NCBI GenBank assembly: GCA_017618175.1
Contig: JAFZUT010000020.1
Span: forward strand, 5,728-69,727
DNA from: Alphaproteobacteria bacterium
Lineage (GTDB): Bacteria > Pseudomonadota > Alphaproteobacteria > Rs-D84
Direction: 5' to 3'
DNA length: 64,000 bases
A program made the position numbers and the translations under genes. The notes beneath the pieces were generated by a model, which did not search any database, was not told the origin of the DNA, and was given only the letters and a program-made list of their open reading frames with translations. Positions 8,175 to 21,232 of the stretch are shown in pieces. How positions within the stretch are numbered: position 1 is the stretch's first letter; the number at the start of each line of letters is the position of its first letter.

Positions 8175-10649
8175 ATGATTATCAAGCCACACCATAGACG
8201 CAGGACATTCTGGGCATTTATTGTTACGATTGGTATTATTGCCATTGGCCTGTTGGTTGCGCCCAATTTCATCAATTTGAACAAATTACGCCCTCACCTT
8301 GAATCTGCCATTTTTGCCCAAACGGGGGTCAATTTGAAAATCAACGGCAATGTGAACTTTGGTTTTTTGGGAACGACCCATATCATCGCGCACGATATTA
8401 AAACCCCAAATGGACACACAGACATCCTTGCGGTAAACCTGCCATTTTCCAGTTTGTTTGATTTAGAAAATGTGGAACTGGGGACAATAACCGTGTACAG
8501 GCCGTACATAGACTTGCATTCGCTTTCTATGTTGCAATTAAAATATCATATGGCCGTGAATAATGCCACATTGCACTTTATGGGCAAAGATTATCAAATC
8601 ATTCGTGGTATGTTCTATAATGGAACATTTGATGGTCAAATTCGTACAGGCCAACATAAGTATGATATGAGTTTCCAAGGAAGCGAATTCAAAATCAAAA
8701 ACAAAAATCTTAAATTGAATATTACCGGCGAATACTTTCCGTCTGGCGGTGCGGCCGGTATCTTGGAAATAAACACAAACAAGATAAATTCGTGGTTTGG
8801 ATTTTCGGAACCAAACATAACACACAATGTTAATTTAACAACGAACTTTTATTGGGATGGTGGATACGGATTCAAATTCACAGACATTGTGGCAAATAAT
8901 GTTCGTGGCAACATAATCATAGAATCCAACGGATGGCACACAATCAATTTGACATCAGACAACACATCTTTTGATTTTTCGTTTTTATCAAAACCAACAA
9001 AATTGATGGAAAACACCACATTAAATATTGATTTTTATGGAGACCTGGTTTTCAACAACCGCAGATTTGAACACGTGAAAATTGATGCCGTTGGAACCGA
9101 AGAATACATACAAATAAACAAAATTATCGCAGATTCTTCTTCTTTTACCGGCGGAACAATTGATAAAAACGGCGGCCACGAAATAATGATTAGAACCGTT
9201 ATAGACGACAAAAAAACAGAATGCCTTTTTTCAGGAACCGATGATGATTTTGAATGTCAAGAATTCGTATATGGTGACATATCCGGCCGTTTGAAATATA
9301 AAAACAAAATACTTGATGCAGATATCACATCAAATCGCAAATTAGATTTACAAGAATTAGAATCATATATTAAAAGAATCGGGGCAATACGTGCAACCGT
9401 ACATTTCAAATTTTCAAATATGGGCGGTGTATTCACAAAAACAAACAAAGGTTCAAATATAACATACGATTATATATACGGTAAAACCCTTGCCTGGTTA
9501 AATCCGCATATGAAATCTTTACCGGAATTTATGCTAAACGCGCCCGGAAATATGGTATGGTCCGGCGACAGTTTTTCATTCACCCCGAATACAAACGATT
9601 GGTCTTTGACATTGCACGACAATTTCTTTTACATATCTGGGAAAGACATAAAACGGTGGTTCCCTGATTTAGACCTGCGAACAATAAACAGTCACGAATA
9701 CATAATAACAGGTTTTTACAATAACAAAGGTGATGTGTCCGATTTAACAATCAAAATCGCCGGTCATACATTTACCGGAAACGCGGATAAACGTTCATTA
9801 ACATTGCACACCGACAAATTGTACATAGACGTATTTTTAACGCCGGAATTTTTTGAACGATATGAAGAATTAGAATTCCTTACGAATTCACCGATACTGT
9901 TACCATTTGAATTTACGAAAAATATATATTTGACCGCCGACACATTGGTATACGGCGACAATTCATACAACAATTTTGTATATTCGTTAAAATCTGGGAC
10001 ACAGACGTTTTCTATTACCGACAACGCGCGCGGAAATTTGTTGGCAACAATTATCAAAGAACACTCGGCTTATGATATATTCATTCAATTAAACAAATTC
10101 TTGGTAAACGGAAATTTATTGTCCACTCAATTCCCACTGAATATCGCGGACACATCCATAACCGCAGAAATAAACCTTAAAACCCACGGTCACATTGCAC
10201 ACGATATAATGTATAATATGATGGGCGATGTGGATTTAACATTTGACGGTGGATACATTACCGGGATTGGCATTGACCAATTTTATATGGATACAGATAA
10301 CCTTACCCGATTAAATGTAGAAGACCGTATTATGATTGCATTGGAATCTGGCACAACGCGGTTAAAAAATATGCGTGTTATTGGCGAATATAAAAATGGT
10401 AATTTCACAACGACCAAACCAATAGAATTATCCATACGCCACGCAACCGCGGTCGGTATGTTAGATATCACAGACAATGCAATGAATGCGAAATTTGATA
10501 TAACAATGCGTGCGGTTGCACCTGATGCTGTTACGGTATCATTAACGGTTGCACCAAATGGCCGGCGCGGATATTCAATATCTGAATTGATGCGATATTT
10601 CGACCCGGCCTTTATGCGCAGTTTTATAAAAACACACGATAAGTTTTAA
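8175..10649 (+). CDS. AsmA-family outer-membrane biogenesis protein (AsmA/TamB-like)
   Basis: 824 aa. N-terminal TM anchor followed by an AsmA-like start (NFINLNKLRPHLESAIFAQTGVNLKINGNVNFGFLGTTHIIAHDIKTPNG). The remainder is a long Asn-rich beta-rich domain. Confidence 0.45.
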   Translation: MIIKPHHRRRTFWAFIVTIGIIAIGLLVAPNFINLNKLRPHLESAIFAQTGVNLKINGNVNFGFLGTTHIIAHDIKTPNGHTDILAVNLPFSSLFDLENVELGTITVYRPYIDLHSLSMLQLKYHMAVNNATLHFMGKDYQIIRGMFYNGTFDGQIRTGQHKYDMSFQGSEFKIKNKNLKLNITGEYFPSGGAAGILEINTNKINSWFGFSEPNITHNVNLTTNFYWDGGYGFKFTDIVANNVRGNIIIESNGWHTINLTSDNTSFDFSFLSKPTKLMENTTLNIDFYGDLVFNNRRFEHVKIDAVGTEEYIQINKIIADSSSFTGGTIDKNGGHEIMIRTVIDDKKTECLFSGTDDDFECQEFVYGDISGRLKYKNKILDADITSNRKLDLQELESYIKRIGAIRATVHFKFSNMGGVFTKTNKGSNITYDYIYGKTLAWLNPHMKSLPEFMLNAPGNMVWSGDSFSFTPNTNDWSLTLHDNFFYISGKDIKRWFPDLDLRTINSHEYIITGFYNNKGDVSDLTIKIAGHTFTGNADKRSLTLHTDKLYIDVFLTPEFFERYEELEFLTNSPILLPFEFTKNIYLTADTLVYGDNSYNNFVYSLKSGTQTFSITDNARGNLLATIIKEHSAYDIFIQLNKFLVNGNLLSTQFPLNIADTSITAEINLKTHGHIAHDIMYNMMGDVDLTFDGGYITGIGIDQFYMDTDNLTRLNVEDRIMIALESGTTRLKNMRVIGEYKNGNFTTTKPIELSIRHATAVGMLDITDNAMNAKFDITMRAVAPDAVTVSLTVAPNGRRGYSISELMRYFDPAFMRSFIKTHDKF

Positions 10650-10660
10650 TTAGAAAATCG

Positions 10661-10680
10661 CCCGCAATTGCGGGCGACAC
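10661..10680 (-). terminator. Perfect palindrome TCGCCCGCAATTGCGGGCGA followed on the minus strand by TTTTCT; likely terminator for aspS
   Basis: A 20-bp perfect inverted repeat in the convergent asmA-like/aspS intergenic gap. Confidence 0.4.
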
Positions 10681-10734
10681 TAATCACTAACACCCGTCGC
10701 GGCACGCCGCGCCGCAGTCGTGACGGACTAACCA

Positions 10735-12504
10735 CTAATTTTTCTTTCTAACCTGGATATGAACGTCACGCAATTGTTGTTCGCTGACTTCGTTCGGTGA
10801 CCCCATCAGCAAATCTTGTCCACGTTGGTTCGCCGGGAACGCTACAATCTCACGCAGGCTGTCACCATTACCTAACACTTCGGAAATCAAGCGTTCAATT
10901 CCAAACGCGCATCCGCCGTGTGGTGGTGCACCATATTGGAATGATGTGTATAAACCCGAAAAGTTCTTTTCAACCGCCTCGATTGGATATCCGGCAATTT
11001 CAAAACACTTTTTCATAATATCTGGGTTATAGTTGCGTAATCCCCCACTGCACAATTCCATACCATTTAACACCATATCAAACTGGGCCGCCTTAATCGT
11101 GAACGGGTCACGCGTAGACAGTTCTTCCAGTGTTGCCAATGGGTACGAAAACGGGTTATGCGTGAACATTGGTGCCCCACCCCGTTCTTCATCGGGTTCA
11201 AAGAATGGGAAATTATCAACCCAACAAAACGCAAAATCATTTTCTTTGACCAAACCTAAATCTGCGCCCAATTTATTACGCAACTTGCCCGCCGCTTTGG
11301 ACGCGACATCGACCGTATCACAAACAAAGAACAAAGATGAATTATCGCCGGCAATTTCACGCAGTTTTGCAATACGATCCGCATCCAATTTCTTGGCAAC
11401 CGGGCCTTTGGCTTCTTCGGCAAAGACGATATAACCCAATCCACCAAGTCCAAGTTCTTTGGTCGCATATTCACCCAATTTATCAAACCAAGAACGTGGT
11501 TTGTTCGCACTGTTTGGTGCCGGAATTGCACGTACGACGCTGCCCGATTCTATCGCGTTCGCAAATATTCCAAAATCTGATCCGCGGAAAATTTCGGTCA
11601 CATCACTTATCAAAATCGGGTTACGCAAATCCGGTTTATCACTGCCATACTTCAACATCGCATCATCAAACGAAATATGCGGAATTTCCGGATATATATT
11701 CGCACCCGGCAAAAATGTCCGTATAAATTCAGGCATTATCGCCTCGCCTACGGCCTGAATATCTGGCAAATCAACAAAAGACATTTCCAAATCTAATTGA
11801 TAGAATTCCAACAAACGGTCTGCACGCAAATCTTCGTCACGAAAACACGGCGCAATTTGAAAGTATCTATCAAACCCAGACACCTGTAATAATTGTTTGA
11901 ACATCTGGGGCGCCTGGGGCAATGCATAAAATTTTCCATGATGTAAACGACTTGGGACCAAGAAACTGCGCGCACCTTCGGGCGAATCCGCGGTCAACAA
12001 CGGGGTTTGGAATTCTGAAAAACCCAATTCCCACATTTTATCGCGTAACCATTTAATCATTTTGTTACGCATTAAAATATTGTGGTGCAGTTTTTCACGC
12101 CGTAAATCCAAGAAACGATATTTATACCGCAATTCTTCATTTGTTTCATCATCACCAAAAACCTGGAACGGCAAAACTTCGGCAGATGTTAAAACATTCC
12201 ACGATTGAACACTTATTTCAATTTCACCGGTTGGAATTTTATCATTTACCTGACTCGCATCACGCGCAACAACCCGCCCGGTCACCTGTAATACAGATTC
12301 CGGACGCACACGTTCCAAATCTTCGTTTCCGCCGTCCATAACAATTTGCGTAATTCCATAATTATCGCGCAGGTCAATAAATAATAATGACCCGTGGTCA
12401 CGTTTACGATGAACCCAACCCGAAAGCGTCACCGTTTCACCAACATTTTTCGCATTCAGTTCCCCGCATGTGTGCGTTCTGTATTTTGATTTCAGTGATA
12501 ACAT
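10735..12504 (-). CDS. aspS: Aspartyl-tRNA synthetase
   Basis: RTHTCGELNAKNVGETVTLSGWVHRKRDHGSLLFIDLRDNYG matches the AspRS N-terminal anticodon-binding domain, and class II motifs are present. The ORF-track start at 12534 is TTG; the ATG at 12504 has an AAGGGA RBS and is preferred. Confidence 0.93.
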   Translation of the reverse strand: MLSLKSKYRTHTCGELNAKNVGETVTLSGWVHRKRDHGSLLFIDLRDNYGITQIVMDGGNEDLERVRPESVLQVTGRVVARDASQVNDKIPTGEIEISVQSWNVLTSAEVLPFQVFGDDETNEELRYKYRFLDLRREKLHHNILMRNKMIKWLRDKMWELGFSEFQTPLLTADSPEGARSFLVPSRLHHGKFYALPQAPQMFKQLLQVSGFDRYFQIAPCFRDEDLRADRLLEFYQLDLEMSFVDLPDIQAVGEAIMPEFIRTFLPGANIYPEIPHISFDDAMLKYGSDKPDLRNPILISDVTEIFRGSDFGIFANAIESGSVVRAIPAPNSANKPRSWFDKLGEYATKELGLGGLGYIVFAEEAKGPVAKKLDADRIAKLREIAGDNSSLFFVCDTVDVASKAAGKLRNKLGADLGLVKENDFAFCWVDNFPFFEPDEERGGAPMFTHNPFSYPLATLEELSTRDPFTIKAAQFDMVLNGMELCSGGLRNYNPDIMKKCFEIAGYPIEAVEKNFSGLYTSFQYGAPPHGGCAFGIERLISEVLGNGDSLREIVAFPANQRGQDLLMGSPNEVSEQQLRDVHIQVRKKN

Positions 12505-12716
12505 TTCTGTTCCCTTTTTATTTCGGGCAACCAAGATTCAAATGATTTTGGCACCCATTGGTTAAACAACTTTTTTTCGGGGCGCATAAATATTCAACTA
12601 TGCGCGGTGCCACCCGAATTTATCACTTTTTTGTTTTTGGAACCGGCTCCGTGGTTGTCGGCCACATCAACGCCACCCCCAAAACCCGAACAAACGCAAA
12701 ACAGATTATGCATTTG

Positions 12717-12790
12717 TGGTGCCCTAAGCAAGAATCGGACTTGCGACTCGTCCTTACCAAGGACGTGTTTTACCACTAGACTATTAGGGC
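12717..12790 (-). tRNA. tRNA-Thr (anticodon GGU)
   Basis: The minus-strand sequence GCCCTAATAGTCTAGTGGTAAAACACGTCCTTGGTAAGGACGAGTCGCAAGTCCGATTCTTGCTTAGGGCACCA folds as a cloverleaf: 7-bp acceptor stem, anticodon loop TTGGTAA, perfect T-stem GCAAG/CTTGC. The T-loop reads TCCGATT, which is slightly atypical. Confidence 0.7.
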
Positions 12791-12855
12791 AATTCGTAAA
12801 TCACCCACCGATTATACAGTCGCCAACATAAAAATCAAGCAAAAACCGCCCCACC

Positions 12856-13440
12856 CTATTTTTCAATTTTCACACGAATATCGATATCTTCCGGCATCTT
12901 GGGCGATGGTTGCTCTGCGATTCCACCAAACGGCATTTCGGCAACCAAGACCCAGGCTTCGGGCAAATCAAACATTCGCGCAACCATTTTATCTATGACC
13001 GGGTTATAGTGTTGCAAATTTGCCCCGACACCCATTTCCGCCAAACCCGTCCAAATTGCGAATTGCAACATTCCGTTCGATTGCATCACCCAATCGTGAA
13101 AATTGCCGGCATACAGCGGATATTTCACACGCGTTTCATTCACCACCGCCGAATCAAAAAAATACAGAATTGTTCCCGCCGCGGCCGCAAAAGAATCCAA
13201 CCGCTCACGGGGAATTGGGCCACCGGTATATTTTACCAATTCATCATAAACTGCGTTCCAGAATTTTTCATGTGCATCACCCATAACAACGATAACACGT
13301 TGACTTTTCATATCAAATGCATCCGGCACATAACGTACCGAATTGCGGACTAAATTGATAATTTTATCGGTAAATACCGGCAAATTTTTGTTCAACCCGT
13401 ACACAGATCTGCGAGTCTTTAACATACCAGAAAAATCCAT
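12856..13440 (-). CDS. Nitroreductase-family oxidoreductase
   Basis: 194 aa. RRSVYGLNKNLP start and the overall layout are typical of NfsB/YdjA-like nitroreductases. Confidence 0.65.
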   Translation of the reverse strand: MDFSGMLKTRRSVYGLNKNLPVFTDKIINLVRNSVRYVPDAFDMKSQRVIVVMGDAHEKFWNAVYDELVKYTGGPIPRERLDSFAAAAGTILYFFDSAVVNETRVKYPLYAGNFHDWVMQSNGMLQFAIWTGLAEMGVGANLQHYNPVIDKMVARMFDLPEAWVLVAEMPFGGIAEQPSPKMPEDIDIRVKIEK

Positions 13441-13605
13441 TTTGCGCCCTCTTTTGTTCTATGACTTTGGCAATCATAGTATCAAAACATACAACAACTA
13501 AACAATAAGAAAAAAGCCATATACAACAAATTCGCGCATACAAATTTATTGATATTTTCGTGCATTATGATTAAAATCCTATATCATTATATTAAAAGGA
13601 GATTT

Positions 13606-15006
13606 ATGAATAAAAAATTGATTAAAATTTTTATCTCGTTATTTATTATCGTATTTTTTGCATGGGTTTTAAAATGGATTCATAATCAATTTGGGCGAAT
13701 AAATTTTGATGAAATCGCGATAGTATTAAATTCCGGAATTGGCGGCACAGATTCCAAGATTCTGTGGTCTTTTGTCCGCAAAGTTCTTTTACGTTCCATA
13801 TTTTATGCGGCATTGGGAACATTTATTTGTCATCGGTTCAAATACAAACGAAACATTTTATTATTGGTGTTCGGGTGTTATACGGCGTTTATGGTCATAC
13901 AAATTGCCATACGCAATGTTCAATTCGGCAGTTTTTTCAATTTTACAAAATCAAATTTTTATGAAACAGAATATGTTGACCCCGAAAAAGCAAACATCCA
14001 ATGGCCCCAAAAAAGAAATGTTTTAATAATTGCGTTGGAAAGTATTGAAAAAGTATATGGCGACCAGGAAAAATTTGGCGAAGTATTAACCCCGCATATA
14101 ACCGAATTGGAACACAAAAATATATCATTTGAAAATTATCATTCTATATCTGGCCTGTCACATACAATTGCCGCAATTACTGGATTCGTATCTGGCCTGC
14201 CACTTTTCTATACCAGTTATCGAAACACCGACAAAATGACCGGCGCATACGGCATAGGAAAAATATTAAACCGTGCCGGATATCAAACATGGTCTATTTT
14301 CCCGGCCAGTGGGAATTTTTCCAAAAAAGAATCTTTTATGTACAACATGGGTTTTGACCATGTAATTGACGGCGAAAAAATATATGCCGAATTAAAAAAT
14401 CCCCCGAAACAAAGACCATTTAAGGGTGTTGATGATGGTGTTTTATTTGAATGGTCTAAACCCATGTTATCAAATATAATAAAATCTAAACAACCGTATT
14501 TCATATTTATGGAAACAATCAACACCCATTTAGAAGGGTTCTTTACGGATTACTGTCGCAATATGGGATTCAAACAAGAAACCATGCAAGACATTACAAA
14601 ATGTGATGATAAAATTATCTATGATTTTGTAAAATGGTTTCGTAACGCGGACCCAACCGCCGTTATAATACTTTTGAACGACCATAAACAACACTCGGGA
14701 TCATTGATGAAAAAATTAAATACTATATCGGACAGACCTTTGGCCAATGTATTTATAAACACGAAAATCTTTGATGGTTCCGATTTACACCGCCCTGTAT
14801 CTGCTATGGACTTTTTCCCAACAATGTTGGAATCTGCCGGCGCAAAAATAGATGGATGCAAACTGGCGTTGGGGGTATCATTAAGTGCACGATGCAGGAC
14901 CACAAAAACCCTACGCGAAAGGTTTTCTGATGCAGAACTGCAAATTAAAATGGAACAAAAAAATGACCTATACTATGAACTTGCCACTGGAAAGGATAAA
15001 AAATGA
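13606..15006 (+). CDS. Sulfatase-like membrane protein (LtaS/OpgB/phosphoglycerol-transferase family)
   Basis: N-terminal polytopic region followed by the sulfatase core (NVLIIALESIEKVYGD, DHKQHSG). The ORF-track start at 13549 is TTG; the ATG at 13606 is preceded by AAGGAG. Confidence 0.55.
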   Translation: MNKKLIKIFISLFIIVFFAWVLKWIHNQFGRINFDEIAIVLNSGIGGTDSKILWSFVRKVLLRSIFYAALGTFICHRFKYKRNILLLVFGCYTAFMVIQIAIRNVQFGSFFNFTKSNFYETEYVDPEKANIQWPQKRNVLIIALESIEKVYGDQEKFGEVLTPHITELEHKNISFENYHSISGLSHTIAAITGFVSGLPLFYTSYRNTDKMTGAYGIGKILNRAGYQTWSIFPASGNFSKKESFMYNMGFDHVIDGEKIYAELKNPPKQRPFKGVDDGVLFEWSKPMLSNIIKSKQPYFIFMETINTHLEGFFTDYCRNMGFKQETMQDITKCDDKIIYDFVKWFRNADPTAVIILLNDHKQHSGSLMKKLNTISDRPLANVFINTKIFDGSDLHRPVSAMDFFPTMLESAGAKIDGCKLALGVSLSARCRTTKTLRERFSDAELQIKMEQKNDLYYELATGKDKK

Positions 15007-15365
15007 AATCATCTGATAAAGGCTTGCGTCGCATATTCCGCGCATTTCAACATTCCATTGATGGAATAATCGCCACATTTAAATCGGAATCCGCATTTCG
15101 ACAAGATATTGCTTTGTGTGTTTTGGCAATTATATTATCGTGCTTTTTGGATGTATCGACATTGTCGCGTATAATAATGTTGTTTTCTTTGGCATTTATT
15201 ATTATTGCCGAATTGGTCAACACCGCCATAGAAACCATCATCGACAGAATCAGCCCAATCAAACACCCATTATCGAAAAAAGCAAAAGATATAGGCAGCG
15301 CAATCGTAATGATAACCATAATATGCGTGTGCGCGCTTTGGTGTGCATTGATATTTTTTAATTAA
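15003..15365 (+). CDS. dgkA: Diacylglycerol kinase
   Basis: 120 aa with three TMs and the DgkA signature (FRAFQHSIDGI, AELVNTAIETIIDRIS). It overlaps the upstream gene by ATGA. Confidence 0.75.
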   Translation: MKSSDKGLRRIFRAFQHSIDGIIATFKSESAFRQDIALCVLAIILSCFLDVSTLSRIIMLFSLAFIIIAELVNTAIETIIDRISPIKHPLSKKAKDIGSAIVMITIICVCALWCALIFFN

Positions 15366-16057
15366 TGCACATACAATTGTCTTAATTTTGATTTGTTTGG
15401 TTGCGAAATGCGCCGCGATTGCAGTGCCTTTTGAATCGCGCGGTTATGTGTCCATGAATCCAACGCTACTTTTTCAAAATATGGAAAAATGGCGTCCCAT
15501 TGCTTTATAATTGCGGTTGAAAAATACCATGCCTGCATCATATTTATGTAGTATTCTTTGGATTTAACCCTAACAACCATATTAACATATTTGGTATCAA
15601 ATTTATCTTCCAAAAAATATCGCATCAGGCAAAGAATCGCAAAACGCACCGTATAGACGTGTTCTGATTTAATCCATTTTTTTATATACGGTAATGATTT
15701 TTCCGGTTTTTCTGCGAACACTTTTGGTGACATCTGGTCACATGTTGCCCAATTATCAATGTATGGCAAGAATCTATCAACCTCTTTCGCCACAAAATCG
15801 AAATCAAGAAGTTCTGAAAGTATAAATGCATGCAACTGGTTTTCTTCAAAGAAATGATGTGGCAAATCTGCAATAAATTCACGCCAATCGCCATTTGCCA
15901 CCATATCCCGCGCCATTTCACGCAAATTTGGTGTTAGCACCCCAATGATACTATCTTTGTCAATTGATGTTATTAAATTACTAATGTAATCTTTGTGTTC
16001 TTTATCTGCCGCCGTATACAACAAATCAAGAATTTCTTTTTTGTTCATAACAACCAT
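15362..16057 (-). CDS. DNA alkylation repair protein (AlkD/AlkC-like HEAT-repeat glycosylase family)
   Basis: 231 aa. The repeat architecture and tryptophan-rich helices are typical of the DNA_alkylation family. Confidence 0.55.
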   Translation of the reverse strand: MVVMNKKEILDLLYTAADKEHKDYISNLITSIDKDSIIGVLTPNLREMARDMVANGDWREFIADLPHHFFEENQLHAFILSELLDFDFVAKEVDRFLPYIDNWATCDQMSPKVFAEKPEKSLPYIKKWIKSEHVYTVRFAILCLMRYFLEDKFDTKYVNMVVRVKSKEYYINMMQAWYFSTAIIKQWDAIFPYFEKVALDSWTHNRAIQKALQSRRISQPNKSKLRQLYVH

Positions 16058-16149
16058 CCATAAAATTAAATTTATTTATTTTTCCACCGTTTTAATGTTG
16101 GAAAAACCGTTTCGCAATGATGCCGCATTTGCCCCGCGGTCATACCTGC

Positions 16150-16326
16150 CTAGGCCGCAAAAGGAACCATCATATTAATATATTCATCCATAGAAACTTT
16201 ATCTATGAATTCGCCATTTTTATAACAATAAATACAATAATCCGCATTTGGTGTTCCGTCTTTATTTGTTCCAAAGACATTTTTATCTTTCATTGGCATA
16301 CTGCAACTTTGACATATCCGCGACAT
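16150..16326 (-). CDS. Small zinc-ribbon protein (58 aa, below the ORF-track threshold)
   Basis: Minus-strand ATG..TAG ORF: MSRICQSCSMPMKDKNVFGTNKDGTPNADYCIYCYKNGEFIDKVSMDEYINMMVPFAA, with two CxxC pairs (CQSC...CIYC). Confidence 0.35.
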   Translation of the reverse strand: MSRICQSCSMPMKDKNVFGTNKDGTPNADYCIYCYKNGEFIDKVSMDEYINMMVPFAA

Positions 16327-16401
16327 TCAAAACCCCTTGTTTTCACGGTAATTATAATTTAAAAAAACCAAAACGGTATAAAAATATGATTCGGCGACCA
16401 T

Positions 16402-16415
16402 GCGGCGAAGGGATT
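16402..16415. repeat. 14-bp direct repeat (GCGGCGAAGGGATT) of the 3' end of the tRNA at 16604-16678
   Basis: Identical to 16609-16622 inside the tRNA, in the same orientation, 194 bp downstream of the tRNA 3' end. The intervening 16421-16603 is GC-rich with nested inverted repeats (CCGTCGCGA/TCGCGACGG, GTGATTTTAATCAC, GGACCCGGGGTCC). Confidence 0.5.
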
Positions 16416-16603
16416 GCACATTCCCACCGCTTCGCGTCGGGACCCCTTTCCACTCGTAAGGCTCGAACTGCGCACTTGCTTGTTCTCGCCAACTATCGTG
16501 TCGGACCCGGGGTCCTCATCCGTCGCGACATCCATTTCGCGTGATTAAAATCACATCGCTCCGCCCGATTTTACCAATCGCGACGGAGCGAAGCGAAGAC
16601 GGA

Positions 16604-16678
16604 TGGTAGCGGCGAAGGGATTCGGACCCCTGACCAAAGGATTATGATTCCTCTGCTCTACCACTGAGCTACGCCGCC
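16604..16678 (-). tRNA. tRNA with CAU anticodon (elongator Met or lysidine-modified Ile2; G1-U72, not an initiator)
   Basis: The minus-strand sequence GGCGGCGTAGCTCAGTGGTAGAGCAGAGGAATCATAATCCTTTGGTCAGGGGTCCGAATCCCTTCGCCGCTACCA has a canonical D-arm, anticodon loop ATCATAA, and a T-arm. Its variable region TTGGTC resembles E. coli ileX. Confidence 0.7.
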
Positions 16679-16831
16679 ATACGAAAACTGAACCGATTAT
16701 AACAGACAATTTTCCAAATGCAAGAACTTATGTTACCGGCACAAATCGTATGATTTTATTCCGGTCGCACACACCAAACAAAAACAATACAGTTTGAATA
16801 ATCATCAAAAAAGGTGTATAATATATAACCA

Positions 16832-17398
16832 ATGAAGTGTTTTGTTTTTATTTTATCCGCAATTTTTTTAACCGCGATGCCGGCGTTTGGGGCGGATGGC
16901 AAAAACACCTTTACCGGTTTTTATAAAAATCAATTATCGTTTAATGTTGGCCAGGGTATAAACAGTGGTTTCATATTACCCCCACCGAACCAATTTGTTC
17001 CATTTAACCTGTTCAGTCTAAGTTATTCGCAACCAACCACTTTTTTTGGTGTTCCGGCACGCCAATCTTTGAACATAAACCAAACATTGGGATACGGCGA
17101 CAAATACGGTTGGCATTGGTCGGATTATACGATTCCAATGGTTATGTTATCTGGCGATGTGCGGTTATCAGAATACAAAAATTTCTATGTTGCGGCCGGT
17201 GCAGGCGTTGGTATGCAGGCCCAACAGAACGAACGTTTGGGTGCAAAATTATTGTTTCAGTTCAAGGTTATCGCGGGTTGGCACATAAACGATAAATGGG
17301 GATTTGAAATATTTATGCACCATTTTTCGAACGGCAACACCGCAGACGAAAATTATTCCTATGCGTTCTATGGCATCGGCGTAAATTATAATTTCTAG
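16832..17398 (+). CDS. pagL: Outer-membrane lipid A deacylase-like beta-barrel (PagL family)
   Basis: Signal peptide (MKCFVFILSAIFLTAMPAFGA) and a C-terminal HHFSNGN matching the PagL His-x-Ser dyad. A TATAAT is present at 16816-16821. Confidence 0.45.
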   Translation: MKCFVFILSAIFLTAMPAFGADGKNTFTGFYKNQLSFNVGQGINSGFILPPPNQFVPFNLFSLSYSQPTTFFGVPARQSLNINQTLGYGDKYGWHWSDYTIPMVMLSGDVRLSEYKNFYVAAGAGVGMQAQQNERLGAKLLFQFKVIAGWHINDKWGFEIFMHHFSNGNTADENYSYAFYGIGVNYNF

Positions 17399-17399
17399 A

Positions 17400-18062
17400 C
17401 TACCATTCAATCGGTTGACCACCGTGTGCGACAATGTATTCATTTGCACGGGAAAAATGGTGATTACCAAAGAATCCACGATGTGCAGAAAGCGGTGACG
17501 GGTGAACGCTTTTCAAAACCAGGTTTTTGGATGCATCCACAAATTCCGCCTTTCTTTGCGCATATGAACCCCAGAGCATATAAACCAAACCGTCTTTTTG
17601 TGCGGTGGCACGAATAACCGCATCGGTAAATTGTTCCCAACCCCGCCCCGCGTGCGATGCCGCCAAATGCGCGGCAACCGTCAATGTAGAATTTAACAGT
17701 AACACACCCTGCTTTGCCCAAGATGTTAAATCACCATGTGTGGGGCTAGGTCGTCCCAAATCTGATTCTATTTCTTTGTAAATATTTACCAATGACGGTG
17801 GTGGCGTAATTCCATCCGGTACCGAAAAGCATAAACCGTGTGCCTGGCCGGGTTCATGATATGGGTCTTGACCAATGATAACCACACGCACAGAATCAAA
17901 CGGACAAAGATTGAACGCATTAAAAATATTCTTGGCCGCCGGATAGATTTTTTTGCCCGCCAAATATTCCGCGCGCACAAAGTCAGTCAATTTGATAAAA
18001 TATTCTTTATCAAATTCGTCCCGCAACGCCCGTTTCCAAGATTCTTCTATTTTTACATCCAT
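17400..18062 (-). CDS. ung: Uracil-DNA glycosylase
   Basis: GQDPYH, HGLCFSV and HPSPLSA motifs are present. Confidence 0.92.
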   Translation of the reverse strand: MDVKIEESWKRALRDEFDKEYFIKLTDFVRAEYLAGKKIYPAAKNIFNAFNLCPFDSVRVVIIGQDPYHEPGQAHGLCFSVPDGITPPPSLVNIYKEIESDLGRPSPTHGDLTSWAKQGVLLLNSTLTVAAHLAASHAGRGWEQFTDAVIRATAQKDGLVYMLWGSYAQRKAEFVDASKNLVLKSVHPSPLSAHRGFFGNHHFSRANEYIVAHGGQPIEW

Positions 18063-18071
18063 TTGGCACCC

Positions 18072-21139
<3,068 letters not shown>

Positions 21140-21232
21140 TTATGCTATAATTGTCAAAGAAAAAGGCAAAAAATAAAGGAATTTTATAACAATATTTAAT
21201 AACAAAACTAAAAGAATCCAAGAGGCAAAAAA

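Noticed and set aside
12535-12716. Possible att-site duplicate or terminator downstream of tRNA-Thr(GGU)
   Set aside because: There is only weak similarity (GGTGCCACCCGAAT versus the tRNA 3' end), and the hairpin GCGCATA...TATGCGC lacks a correctly oriented T-run. This was not convincing.
16381-16680. Two-piece (permuted) alphaproteobacterial tmRNA
   Set aside because: The tRNA-like part has a complete anticodon arm with CAU, so it is an ordinary tRNA. No tag-peptide reading frame ending in ..LAA-stop is present in any frame of the adjacent 190 nt.
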